Below are positions 1-19,994 of a DNA stretch of 54,643 nucleotides, piece by piece. The DNA lies in contig JAWQFM010000006.1 of the NCBI GenBank assembly GCA_033442325.1, positions 1,549,785 through 1,604,427 on the forward strand, given 5' to 3'. The notes under the pieces are model-generated. The model was not told the DNA's origin, made no database searches, and saw only the letters and a list, made by a program, of their open reading frames with translations. The DNA comes from Salpingoeca rosetta (lineage: Eukaryota > Protista > Choanoflagellata). A program made the translations under genes and the position numbers. Position 1 is the first letter of the stretch. Each line of letters starts with the position of its first letter.

Positions 1-95
<95 letters not shown>
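1..95 (+). repeat. (CA)n microsatellite at the 3' end of a xylulokinase intron
   Basis: Seen directly; ends about 20 nt before the CAG acceptor at 111-113. Confidence 0.95.
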
Positions 96-96
<1 letters not shown>

Positions 97-113
97 ATGC
101 ACGTTTCCAACAG

Positions 114-819
114 GTGATTGCGGACGTGTTTGGGTGCGACGTGTATGCATCTGCACAATCAGACTCCGCCTCGCTTGGCGCAGCGTATCGCGCCAAGCAC
201 GCCGACGTGTGCAACCTCCACGGCCAGTTTGTCCCCTTCCAAAGCGCAATCCTCGACCTGGCCTGCCGGCCCAACAGCGACAGTGCGGGCAAGACTGAGG
301 ACCGCAGCCATCTACACGCCTGCGACCCTCGCAGCGCCCAGCACAAGGTCACTTCCGCTCTGCGTGTGTGTGTGTGTGTGTGTGACTTGAGATTTTATGT
401 CTCCATGATCCCCTCCCCCCCCCCCACCCACACACACACTCTCTCTTTTGTCTCGGCAACGCTCACAACTTCTGGTTTGCGTGTATTGATGCAGATTGCC
501 ACGCCAAACATGGGCAACTTTGATGCATATACAAGCATGCTGTCAAGGTATGCATGCGCGTATTTATGCATGTATGTGCGCACAAGACGGATGCACTGTC
601 AAACGGTGGCGACCATGGCGTGTTTGTGTGTGTCAACAGTTGTGACTGCTGCAGGCAGTGCGTGTGGCCATTGTGGTGCGGTGGCACCCATGGCGGGCGT
701 TCCGGTGTCGTCCATCCGTGTTTGACAGACATCCTTCCTGCCCCGGTGTGTTTGATAGGTACGCGGAGCTTGAGGCCAAGGTTGTGCAAGAAGCAGCAGC
801 AAGAGATGGCGCTTCTTGA
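114..819 (+). CDS. XYLB: Xylulokinase (FGGY carbohydrate kinase), 3' exons only: 114-347, 495-547, 759-819
   Basis: Spliced translation VIADVFGCDVYASAQSDSASLGAAYRAKH...IATPNMGNFDAYTSMLSRYAELEAKVV...* matches the FGGY C-terminus of eukaryotic xylulokinases (ADVF..V......SA.LG.AYRA). GT-AG introns are phase-consistent; the 5' part lies outside the window. Confidence 0.8.
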
Positions 820-2636
820 GACCCCGCCAGGGCTGCAGGGGGACATTCGCAAAGCATGTGGAGCTGTTGTTACATTGCCCCATTCACATCGTTGTAGCGC
901 GCACCCTGAAATGAACACGTTCATCAACAAAGAGCAATCGTCGTGAGAGCGGTAAGAGTGGCGAGGCGACGTCAACGTGTGGTCGAGATACGATGCAAAG
1001 TGGCAGAAGTTTCAGTTCAACGCATGGCACGAGATGTGAGCATACAGCGCACAACATGTGCACGCACCTTCGCTGTGGGAAGCAAAAAAAAAAAACTGCT
1101 CCAGCACAGGCCTCATGGCTAAGTGCCGTCATGCTAGAGGCATGCTATCGTTTGCGACGATTCAAAGCCGGATCATGTCATCTGCGGAGCACATCATGAC
1201 AAGACGTGACTTCTGGTGAGTTGAGAACCAAGAATAGATGTGAGACAGCAGAGAAACTCACAAAGGAGACTGGTGGAAACAACAGGGAGAAAGGAGAGAG
1301 AGAGAGCTACAGCCACACAGCCGCACAGCCGCACAGCCACACGCGTGGCTGAGCATTGTTACAAGGGGAAGAAGGAAGAGAGGAGGTGTTTAGATGGAAT
1401 GTTGGTGTAGTTCAAAACAACAAGATCACGAGTGCGTGAGCTGCCAACGACTGGTTGAAAGCCCACGCATCCCTTGCTGTAGTACTCTACACCAGGTGCT
1501 AGAATTTTAGTCTTGCTGCAAGTATGAGCACCCGAGTCGATTGGTTGCTTGTTGGGGGGCGCTGTGGCGCAGGACCGGCCGCTTTGCGACCAACCCAAAA
1601 CACGCACACAGAACACCCCCACAACCCAACACGCATGTGTAATTCATGCAGCTGAAAAGGGCAAGGAAAGAGAAGAAAGGGGAGAGAGGGAACGATCGTA
1701 GAAAGGGGAGAGAGAGGGACGGTTGACAAGCAGGGATGGACAGAAAGAGGAAGAAGAGCAGAGCAGAACGGGGATGAAGGGGAAGGAGAGGAACAAACGA
1801 CAACCAACCCATGTGCCCGTGTCGTGTTCACCGATGTGATGATGAACACCACCACCACCTTCATATCCACATCAACACACCTTCGTCTTGCTTGTTGTGA
1901 GCACGCGAGCGGATGAAACGAAAAATGGTGAATGATGGCATACGAAAAAGTGAAAATGACGCGATCGCTCGATTTTCGTCCGGCCTAGTGGCGTACGCTG
2001 CAACGAGGACACGCTTGTCGCACACAACCTGACAACAAGCACGATCGACGCAACACAACACAACCACCCGCCAGCATCTCACGACGCAGCAGCGAAGGTT
2101 GGTCTTTGCTCGCTCGCTTGCTTGCTTGCTTGCTTGCTTGCTTTTTGCCTTCTCCTGGTCCTTGGCCTGACAAAACCCAACTCCACCCCAACGTGCCCAA
2201 CCAGCCAACATCCAACCTTTCCCTGACCTGACATGCGTGCTTTTGTCGCTTGTTGATACGCAGTCCTGTGCTCGCCTGGTTTTTGTTGTTGGCTGTGCAA
2301 ACTCGCTCGCTCGCTCGCTCGATCGTTGCTTGCTTTTTTCTTCAGCCCTTCTTCTTCACTGTTGTTGCGAACGACTTGTTATCGCCTGCGACCCTGCAGT
2401 CAATTTCACTTGACGACACTCCACCACCCAGCACACACACACATACGCATACACTTACACACATACACACACACACATACACAAGCAAGCGAATCCTCCT
2501 CTTCCCCCTCCCCCTTTCCTTTACTCGCTCCACTCGCTCACGCTACGCGCCAACACCTTTTGTTCACACCCCCCCCCACCTCGTCAACGAACGCCGTTCA
2601 AGAACATCCCCCCCCCCCCACCTCTGTGCCGGCACC

Positions 2637-5600
2637 ATGAAGTCTGAGTCGGCCAGCCTGGAGATTGACCTCATGTCTGAGGAAGGGACACTGATGCGGT
2701 CGCGGTCGTCCAAGACAACCGGCTCCTCGTCCTCATCGCCCGTCAATGCGAAGAAGTACCTCATCCTGGGCTACTCTGCCGTGGCCCTGGTCATCATCAT
2801 CTGCGGCATTGCCGTCGGCGTCTCCCTGCACAACAGCAGCGACCCCGACGCCGCCAGCATGACCCAGATGAGCGCCACCTCCGCCTCCCTCTGTGGCATC
2901 GTCGCCCCAACTACCGAAGACTCGTCCACGCCCGTCGTCTGCTACACCCTGCACACAAACACCCCGGGCGGAAACTACCGCGTCGTCTCAAGCTCAATCA
3001 CGCACGCCTGCGCCCTCTCCACCTTGGACACCGCCGTGTGCTGGGGCGCCGCCTGCGACGACGACCACCCCTCGTGCCCTGCCGAGCTCAAGGCAAGCAA
3101 GCCCGTGTGGGACCGCAGCGACGAGCAGTTCACCGCCGTCGCCGTCGGCGACTACTCCACCTGCTTCCTGCGCAAGGCTGACGGAACTGCCATGTGCCGC
3201 GGTCGCATCAGCGTGCCCGCATCCGCGGCAGCCACCGAGTTTGTCGACATCACCATCGAGAACGACGTCGCCTGCGGCCTCACCGCCACCTCCCAGCTCG
3301 TCTGCTGGGACCAGGACAACACCGTCTTCAACATCCCCGCCCTCAGCGACGGCATCCTGCAGGTCGCCGCCAGCTTCACGCCCCCAGAGCCCCCTATGAT
3401 CACAGACCCCTTCCTCACCTCGGACAGCAGCGAGAGCCAGCGTCGCCGCCGCCGCCGCCGCAACATCCTCGAGCCGCAGCCGGCCACGCTCGCCGCCGAG
3501 GACCAGCGCATCGCCTGCGCCATCTCCCTCACCCACAAGCTCTACTGCATCAACCTGCAGCCGGCATCGAGCACGGCCACCCCGACCTGGTCCCGCATCC
3601 TGCGCTCCTCCACCGCCGCCGGGTTTGAGATGGTGGACGTGTACGGCGGCCGCGGCTGCGCGCTCACCCTCGCCGGCCGCATCGAGTGCTTCGAGCTTGC
3701 CTCCTACGTGGACCCGCTCCCCGCCATGCCCGCAGAGCTCGCCGACGTGCGCTTTGGTGCCGTCGATGTCACGCAGAGCGCCGCGTGCGGCCTGTCCACG
3801 GACAACAGCCTCTACTGCTGGGGCGACATCTGGACCTTTGGCCAGGTCAAGATCCCCAAGCGGCCCCTTGTGCCCTCCGGGTCCTCGGTCACGGCCCCAC
3901 CCACCAGCGGCAACAACACCAGCAACGCGACGGCCGCCCCAGGCGCCTTTGAGTGCCCGAGTGGCACGCGCCGCCTCCGCGACGGATCCTGCGAGGACGT
4001 CAACGAGTGCGCTGCTGGCACGCACGCCTGCCCGCGCTTCAGCTTCTGCGAAAACACGTACGGCAGCTACGAGTGCCCCTGCTTCCCCGGCTACGCCAAG
4101 GAGAGCGCGGGCTCGGAGACGTGCGTGGACATTGACGAGTGCGCGCTGGACACGCACGACTGCCACGTCAACGCCACCTGCGTCAACTGGCGCGGCAGCT
4201 TCTGGTGCACGTGCAACATCGGCTTTGAGGGCACGGGTACGGAGTGCGTCGACATTGACGAGTGCGACCGCGACACACACAACTGCCACGAGCAGGCCAC
4301 CTGCAGCAACACCATCGGCAGCTTCGACTGCACCTGCAACCAGGGCTGGGCAGGCAACGGCACCTACTGCGGCGACGTGGACGAGTGCACCATGGGCACC
4401 CACAACTGCGATGCCAACGCCGCCTGCAGCAACACCATTGGCGGCTTCAACTGCACCTGCAACGCAAACTACTACGGCAACGGCACGTTCTGCGACGCGG
4501 ACCAGTGCCACTTCAACACGCACACCTGCGACGCCAACGCCTACTGCACAGACACGGTGCCCGGCTTCAACTGCACGTGCAACGACGGCTACCTCGGCGA
4601 CGGGTTCACCTGCGCAGACTACGACGAGTGCACCGCCGGCACGCACAACTGCGATGCGCATGCCACGTGCTCCGACACCGTGGGCAGCTTCGACTGCACG
4701 TGCAACGTCAACTACCTCGGCAACGGCACGTACTGCGACCTTGACGAGTGCGCCGCGGGCGTCGACAACTGCCACGAGCAGGCCACCTGCACCAACACCG
4801 ATCCGGGCTTCTACTGCACGTGCAACGCGGGCTGGGATGGCTCTGGCGTGAACTGCAGCGACGTGGACGAGTGCGACCTCAACACGTACAACTGCCGCGC
4901 CAACTCCTACTGCAACAACACCATCGGCAGCTACGAGTGCCCCTGCCTCGACTACTACCGCGACACGGGCCCCGCCTGCGTGGACATTGACGAGTGCGGC
5001 GAGTCCAAGGACCACTGCCCGATTGACGTTGCCTGCAGCAACACGGACGGCTACTTCTCGTGCGGGTGCAGCAACCAGGACCAGTCGTTCTCCTACCCCG
5101 CGGACGTGGACTCCTTTGTTGGCCTCACGCGCGCCAGCGGGCTGCCCGTCTTTCTCGTCTCGGGCTTCAACGCGTCGGGGTACTCGGCGCATCTGCTGTG
5201 GTGCGACGACCACGACTGCGCCAACCCGACCGTGTTTGAGTCACCGGTGCTGTTTGACGAGGCGCCGCACGCCAACATCCTCAGCGACGACACGGTCATC
5301 CTTGCCGGGCGCCGCGTCAACTCGCAGGTGCTGCTGTACCGCTGGTGCAGCGATGTCGGCTGCACGGTCACGGGCACGCACCAGGTTGACGACGCAGGCT
5401 ACGGCACGCGCGTCGGCGTGGACAGCAACGACGACATTGTCATCATGACCAGCAGCGACACGGAGCTCAAGGTCATGCGCTGCGACGCGCCCGAGTGCAT
5501 GTGGGGCGACCGCCTGGTGAACGCAACCAACAAGGCAAACAGCCCCTACCTGGACATGGTTCTGACGGACCAAGGCCTCCCCGTTGTGACGCACCTGGAG

Positions 5601-6107
5601 TCGCGCTTCCTGGGCGTGTTCACGTGCGTGGACGACCTCTGCTCCAACTTCACGGGCTCTGAGACCCTGGCCACGGACGACGGCTTCATGTCGTCGATTG
5701 TGCTGCGCACGGACGGGCGCGCGGCACTGGTGTGGCGCCAGCAGTCGAGCGGCAAACTCATGTTTGGCCTGTGCGACGACGCCGCGTGCAGCACGATTCA
5801 GACGCGCGAGCTGACCAACGGCGGGTACTTCCCCACCATTGACCTGATGGAGGGCGACTGGCTGTACCCAGGCCAGTACCCCGTCATCACCCACCTCAAA
5901 TCTGTCACGGGCACACGCACAGTGCAGCTTATCAAGTGCACGTCGCTTGACTGCAGCACCAAGGATACAACCGTGCTGCAGAGCACGGGATATGGAGGCG
6001 CGTCGGGCGTCTTCTACAACCCCATCAGCCACTACCTCTACACCATGGATGAGTATGGCTCCCAGGCCGATGGCTGGCGCCTCAGCAAGCACTGCATCAA
6101 CCACTAA
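2637..6107 (+). CDS. Intronless 1156-aa type II membrane protein: TM anchor, 7 RCC1/Crinkly-like repeats, about 9 calcium-binding EGF repeats, C-terminal Cys-paired beta-propeller
   Basis: ATG in good context (GGCACCATG) at 2637, uninterrupted ORF with strongly C/G-ending codons. TM segment YLILGYSAVALVIIICGIAVGVSL; repeats such as THACALSTLDTAVCWG and AACGLSTDNSLYCWG; D(I/V)DEC...C..NT.GSF.C.C EGF motifs; six CxxxxC blades. Confidence 0.88.
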   Translation: MKSESASLEIDLMSEEGTLMRSRSSKTTGSSSSSPVNAKKYLILGYSAVALVIIICGIAVGVSLHNSSDPDAASMTQMSATSASLCGIVAPTTEDSSTPVVCYTLHTNTPGGNYRVVSSSITHACALSTLDTAVCWGAACDDDHPSCPAELKASKPVWDRSDEQFTAVAVGDYSTCFLRKADGTAMCRGRISVPASAAATEFVDITIENDVACGLTATSQLVCWDQDNTVFNIPALSDGILQVAASFTPPEPPMITDPFLTSDSSESQRRRRRRRNILEPQPATLAAEDQRIACAISLTHKLYCINLQPASSTATPTWSRILRSSTAAGFEMVDVYGGRGCALTLAGRIECFELASYVDPLPAMPAELADVRFGAVDVTQSAACGLSTDNSLYCWGDIWTFGQVKIPKRPLVPSGSSVTAPPTSGNNTSNATAAPGAFECPSGTRRLRDGSCEDVNECAAGTHACPRFSFCENTYGSYECPCFPGYAKESAGSETCVDIDECALDTHDCHVNATCVNWRGSFWCTCNIGFEGTGTECVDIDECDRDTHNCHEQATCSNTIGSFDCTCNQGWAGNGTYCGDVDECTMGTHNCDANAACSNTIGGFNCTCNANYYGNGTFCDADQCHFNTHTCDANAYCTDTVPGFNCTCNDGYLGDGFTCADYDECTAGTHNCDAHATCSDTVGSFDCTCNVNYLGNGTYCDLDECAAGVDNCHEQATCTNTDPGFYCTCNAGWDGSGVNCSDVDECDLNTYNCRANSYCNNTIGSYECPCLDYYRDTGPACVDIDECGESKDHCPIDVACSNTDGYFSCGCSNQDQSFSYPADVDSFVGLTRASGLPVFLVSGFNASGYSAHLLWCDDHDCANPTVFESPVLFDEAPHANILSDDTVILAGRRVNSQVLLYRWCSDVGCTVTGTHQVDDAGYGTRVGVDSNDDIVIMTSSDTELKVMRCDAPECMWGDRLVNATNKANSPYLDMVLTDQGLPVVTHLESRFLGVFTCVDDLCSNFTGSETLATDDGFMSSIVLRTDGRAALVWRQQSSGKLMFGLCDDAACSTIQTRELTNGGYFPTIDLMEGDWLYPGQYPVITHLKSVTGTRTVQLIKCTSLDCSTKDTTVLQSTGYGGASGVFYNPISHYLYTMDEYGSQADGWRLSKHCINH

Positions 6108-6946
6108 ACTTGTGTGGCACAAGTAGACTTGGCTGGCTCGTGTTATCTGTTTGATGTGTGTGTGTATGTGTGTGTGTGTGTGAAGGATGGATGGATGTCG
6201 AGAGAGAGAGAGAGAGAGCAGAGGAAGCGCAGTGAAGGGGGAGACGGAGGCGATGGAGGAGAGAGAGGAGGAGCCCCGCATGACATGACATGACAGAGAG
6301 AGAGAGAGAGAAGAGAGATGGATTGATTGGGAGCGCGAGACAGACAAGACCACAACGTCATCAGCACGGCTGGGGTTGGATCCAGGATCCAGGGCAAGAA
6401 GGGTGTCACATCATGTCACACATGTCGCAACTTGCCGGCAAACGCAGGCAGACGAGTTGTGGCACCCGGCAGCTGCTATGCAGCCACTCTCCACTTCAGC
6501 CCACAGCAACTGCACTGCTTGATGTGATTGTCGGTGACGTTGCAACCTTGAAACGCATGACCATGATTTGTTACAAGACAGTTGTGTGTGTTGGCGCTTG
6601 TGTGTTGGTTGCTTACATTGCTTGCATGTTCCTCGACTTGCATATGTGTGCGTGTGTGTATCTGCCTGTTCTCTCATTTCAATTACTGGGCGTTCTGTCT
6701 GTGTGCGTGTGTGTGTATTGGAGTGCACGGGTGGATGGGAAGAAGGCGTCTCTTTCTTCGTTCAAATAAACTCCTCGACAACAACAAGCACAGCAAGGTC
6801 GCACGGCTTTGAGAGGTGAGCTGAGGGAAGAGCGAAGCGAGCCAAGGGGGGGGGGTGTCATCAAACACTCAAACAATCTGGCTGGGTGAAGCAATCGTCT
6901 TATTTTGATGTGACACACAAACAAACCAACAACGCTGACAACAACG

Positions 6947-9287
<2,341 letters not shown>

Positions 9288-9654
9288 CACTGTGACAGGC
9301 TGTTTGTGCGTGGAAAATGGACGATAAATGATTATGCATCTGCTCCATGCATTTGACTGAGCGCTTCAAACATGTGTTGTTGCTCCTTGCTGCCTTGTCA
9401 TTTGTGCTGCTTTGTTACACTTCGCTCCTGTTGCCTTTTTCCTTGCCCTGCCCTTGTCTTGTCTCTTGCTCTGTCTCTTGCCTTGATCTACGTTTCCCGT
9501 GACAATTAAACGACCTGCTGCCATACCACAGACAGAGCTTACTGGTCAAACCACCGCGTACACCCATTTTGGCGGGAAAATCAAAACACAAAATCAAGCA
9601 AGCACCTCCACGATGAAACAGAGGGTGCGCCTGTTGTGGCGCTCACACACACAC

Positions 9655-9742
<88 letters not shown>

Positions 9743-9775
9743 CAGAGAACTGCTTGGCCTTGAGTTCCGGGTGAG

Positions 9776-17197
<7,422 letters not shown>

Positions 17198-17223
17198 GAC
17201 GGGCCCAAGCAACAGCCTTCAAC

Positions 17224-17229
17224 AATAAA
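17224..17229 (+). terminator. Candidate polyadenylation signal of MSH5
   Basis: AATAAA 27 nt after the MSH5 stop codon. Confidence 0.4.
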
Positions 17230-17251
17230 AATTGTGAAAAATCTGTCTGTT

Positions 17252-17258
17252 TGGCAAC
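17252..17258 (-). promoter_or_regulatory. Candidate RFX (X-box half-site) motif GTTGCCA upstream of enkurin
   Basis: TGGCAAC on + strand, 175 nt upstream of the enkurin ATG and just after the MSH5 AATAAA. RFX factors are established regulators of ciliary genes. Confidence 0.4.
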
Positions 17259-17432
17259 CAAACAACCCCATCATCATCACCAAAGACGCGCACACCACAA
17301 CCAACCAAGCACACTCTCCACAACAGCCCATTCAACAGCAACAACAACAGCAACAACAACAGCAACAACAACAGCAACAACAACAGCAACAACAACAGCA
17401 ACAACATCAGCACATCCACCCTTGCTCCAGCC

Positions 17433-19053
17433 ATGGAGGAAAGCATCTACAACTTGATCCCGCGGGAGGAAGTGGCGCCGCCAAAGCAAAAGCGGTGTGT
17501 GTCGTGTGGGTGTCGTGTTCGTGTGATGGTGATGGGTGAAACAGCACTTGAGTTGTGTGTGTGTTGGCTGTCGATTGCGTGCAATCATGTGCTTGGTGAT
17601 GGATGATCTCTGGTATGATATCTGGTGCGTGTAGACTCACCGCCTTGGACGCTTTGCGTCAATATGTGTGCGCGCGCGTTACCTGGGTGCTGGTACAGCT
17701 ATGTTTCACAGCATGCCAACAAGGCGCGGCAGGAGTACAAGTCAAAGAAGGAGGCTGGGCGGACCATGGTGAGGCATCTTCTTACCTTTGCACTGCAACG
17801 CAGTGCGCTTGCAGTTTGATGCTTCCAAGTCTGCTGGTGAAATAGGTCTTGTACAGTCGCGGGTGCGTGTCTCACCTCAAATGTGCTCACGAATGCTTGT
17901 GGTGTTGTGGTGCTGTGTTGGCTGTGTTGCTGTGTTGTTTTGTTCGCATGCTTGCACGTTGCCAGGGCCCGCCGGCAGTCCAGGCAGGCGACACATCGAG
18001 GTTCTTGAAGCGCGGCGAGGGCAAGGGCGGTGGCCGCGTGCAGCGTGCGGCACCGCAGAAGCGCGAACAGGCAAAGAAGCCAAAACCGCGCGTGCCAAAG
18101 GCGACGGAGAAGCCGCCCATGGGCCTCCGCACCAAGAAGGACTTTATCAAGGATAACGCTGTCAAGACCATGACCACACAGCCGCCAAGGACAAAGCCAA
18201 TGAGTGAGTGTGTACATATTGTGTGTGTGAGTGTGTACATATTGTGTGTGTGTGTATGTGTGTGTGTGATCGTGTGATTGCGATCATGTGTGGTTTACAT
18301 AGCAAATACGTGCGTTTGTTTTGGCGCTGCACCATGCACTCAATGTCTCTCACCCCCCCCCCCCCAAACACACACACACACACACACACATCTACGTTGT
18401 AGTGCTGGATACGGCGGCAGGCAAAGGGCAGAAGATGGACTTGGAGGAGAGCGGGCTGGTGCCAAAGTACACGAAGAAGAAGACGTTTGGCAAGACACCT
18501 GCATATTTGACCAAGCGCAGGGAAGAGGAGGATCGTGCGCAAGCAGAATACGAGGAGTATGTCCGCGCCATGCAACAGCAAGGCGCATACTATGAGGTGC
18601 GTGCGTGTGAATGTGTGTTTATGAGCATGTGTGTATATGATTGAGAGTATGTGTGCGTGAGCACGCGTGTGGGTGCACTCTCGGGTAAAGTGCGCTCGTG
18701 TGCGTGCGTGAGTGTTCGTATTTGTTTGTTGTTTGTTTTGGTTCGCGTTGATGAGGACTCCTGTTGCCCTTTTGCCCGGCTTTACTCATCACTCAACTGC
18801 CCACGCGTGCACCCCCCCCCCTTGCGTCTGTCGATATATATCACCGCAGGTCTCACAGCAAGAGCGCGACGAGCTGCTGCACGGGCTGAAGACCAACTGG
18901 GAACAGCTGCATAAGGAGTATCAGGGCCTGTCTGTGATTGCGGACACGGCGCCAAAGCGCCAGCGCCGCAACGACATGGAGGCGCGCCTTGCGCAGCTTG
19001 AGGCCGACATTGCCAAGATTGAACGCCACTCCACCATCCTCGTCGCACAGTAG
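17433..19053 (+). CDS. ENKUR: Enkurin (ciliary microtubule inner protein); exons 17433-17494, 17699-17768, 17966-18203, 18403-18597, 18850-19053
   Basis: MEESIYNLIPREEVAPPKQKRYVS, MGLRTKKDFIKDNAV, DLEESGLVPKYTKKKTFGKTPAYL, and ERDELLHGLKTNWEQLHKEYQGLSVIADTAPKRQRR..MEARLAQLEADIAKIERH are characteristic enkurin motifs. Confidence 0.93.
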
Positions 19054-19085
19054 TTACAACGCCCCCAGACCCGTGTTTGTGTCTA

Positions 19086-19124
<39 letters not shown>

Positions 19125-19224
19125 NNNNNNNNNNNNNNNNNNNNNNNNNNNNNNNNNNNNNNNNNNNNNNNNNNNNNNNNNNNNNNNNNNNNNNNNNNNN
19201 NNNNNNNNNNNNNNNNNNNNNNNN
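19125..19224. other. Assembly gap (N)
   Basis: Run of N. Confidence 1.
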
Positions 19225-19236
19225 TCGTACGTACGT

Positions 19237-19343
<107 letters not shown>

Positions 19344-19674
19344 CAAGCTGGGCTGCCAGCAGGAGTATGTCCCTTCCGTTGGTGTCTGTTGTTGCCTGTA
19401 GCCCGTGTCGGGTGTTTGTGTGCTTGTTGGTGTCCAAATCGTACCTACCTGACTGCCCCCGTGTGTTGTGCATGCCTTGTTTTGGCTTTGTGGCCTCTTT
19501 GCTTTGCGTTGCTCTGCTGCGTTTGCTTGCTTTTGTTCTTGGTGTGGGTGTTGCGTGTGATGATGTGAATGACCAGCAATGCAAGCAAAACCATCCACGC
19601 TCAGTGCAACTGTCTTTGTCTCGTGCCTTGTGGGTGGTTGGGAACATGGATTGAGGGACGAACGTGGCGCCCGT

Positions 19675-19749
19675 GAAGGAGGGGTTCTGTTCGCTGATGT
19701 TGGAGGGGTTCTGTTGGCTGATGAAGGAGGGGTTCTGTTCACTTATGTT
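19675..19749 (+). repeat. About 3 x 24-bp tandem repeat GGAGGGGTTCTGTT(C/G)GCTGATG(TT/AA)
   Basis: Seen directly, between the convergent enkurin and membrane-protein genes. Confidence 0.85.
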
Positions 19750-19994
19750 CAGACGAAACCACGACACCTAGACGACGACAACCAACAAAAATCCACACCA
19801 GCCAGCCAGCCCGCTTTCATGTACAGTGGTAGCAGTGTCACGCATGGGTCGCCATCGCAGTAAGATGGCGGCGAATCAGCAGGGAAGGGAGCCAACACAC
19901 CCAACACACACACGCACATGCCAGTGACACAGCAACCTGGCACCACAGCGTCACACAGCATGGCGATGAGTGGTGTTGATGAAGTGATGATGCA

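Noticed and set aside
2994-5213. 739-aa antisense ORF (and 5241-6353) opposite the EGF gene
   Set aside because: Shadow ORF produced by strong GC3 codon bias; Val/Ala/Gly-rich with no recognisable domain.
19675-19749. 24-bp repeats as a possible CRISPR array
   Set aside because: Tandem copies without unique spacers, eukaryotic context, no cas genes.
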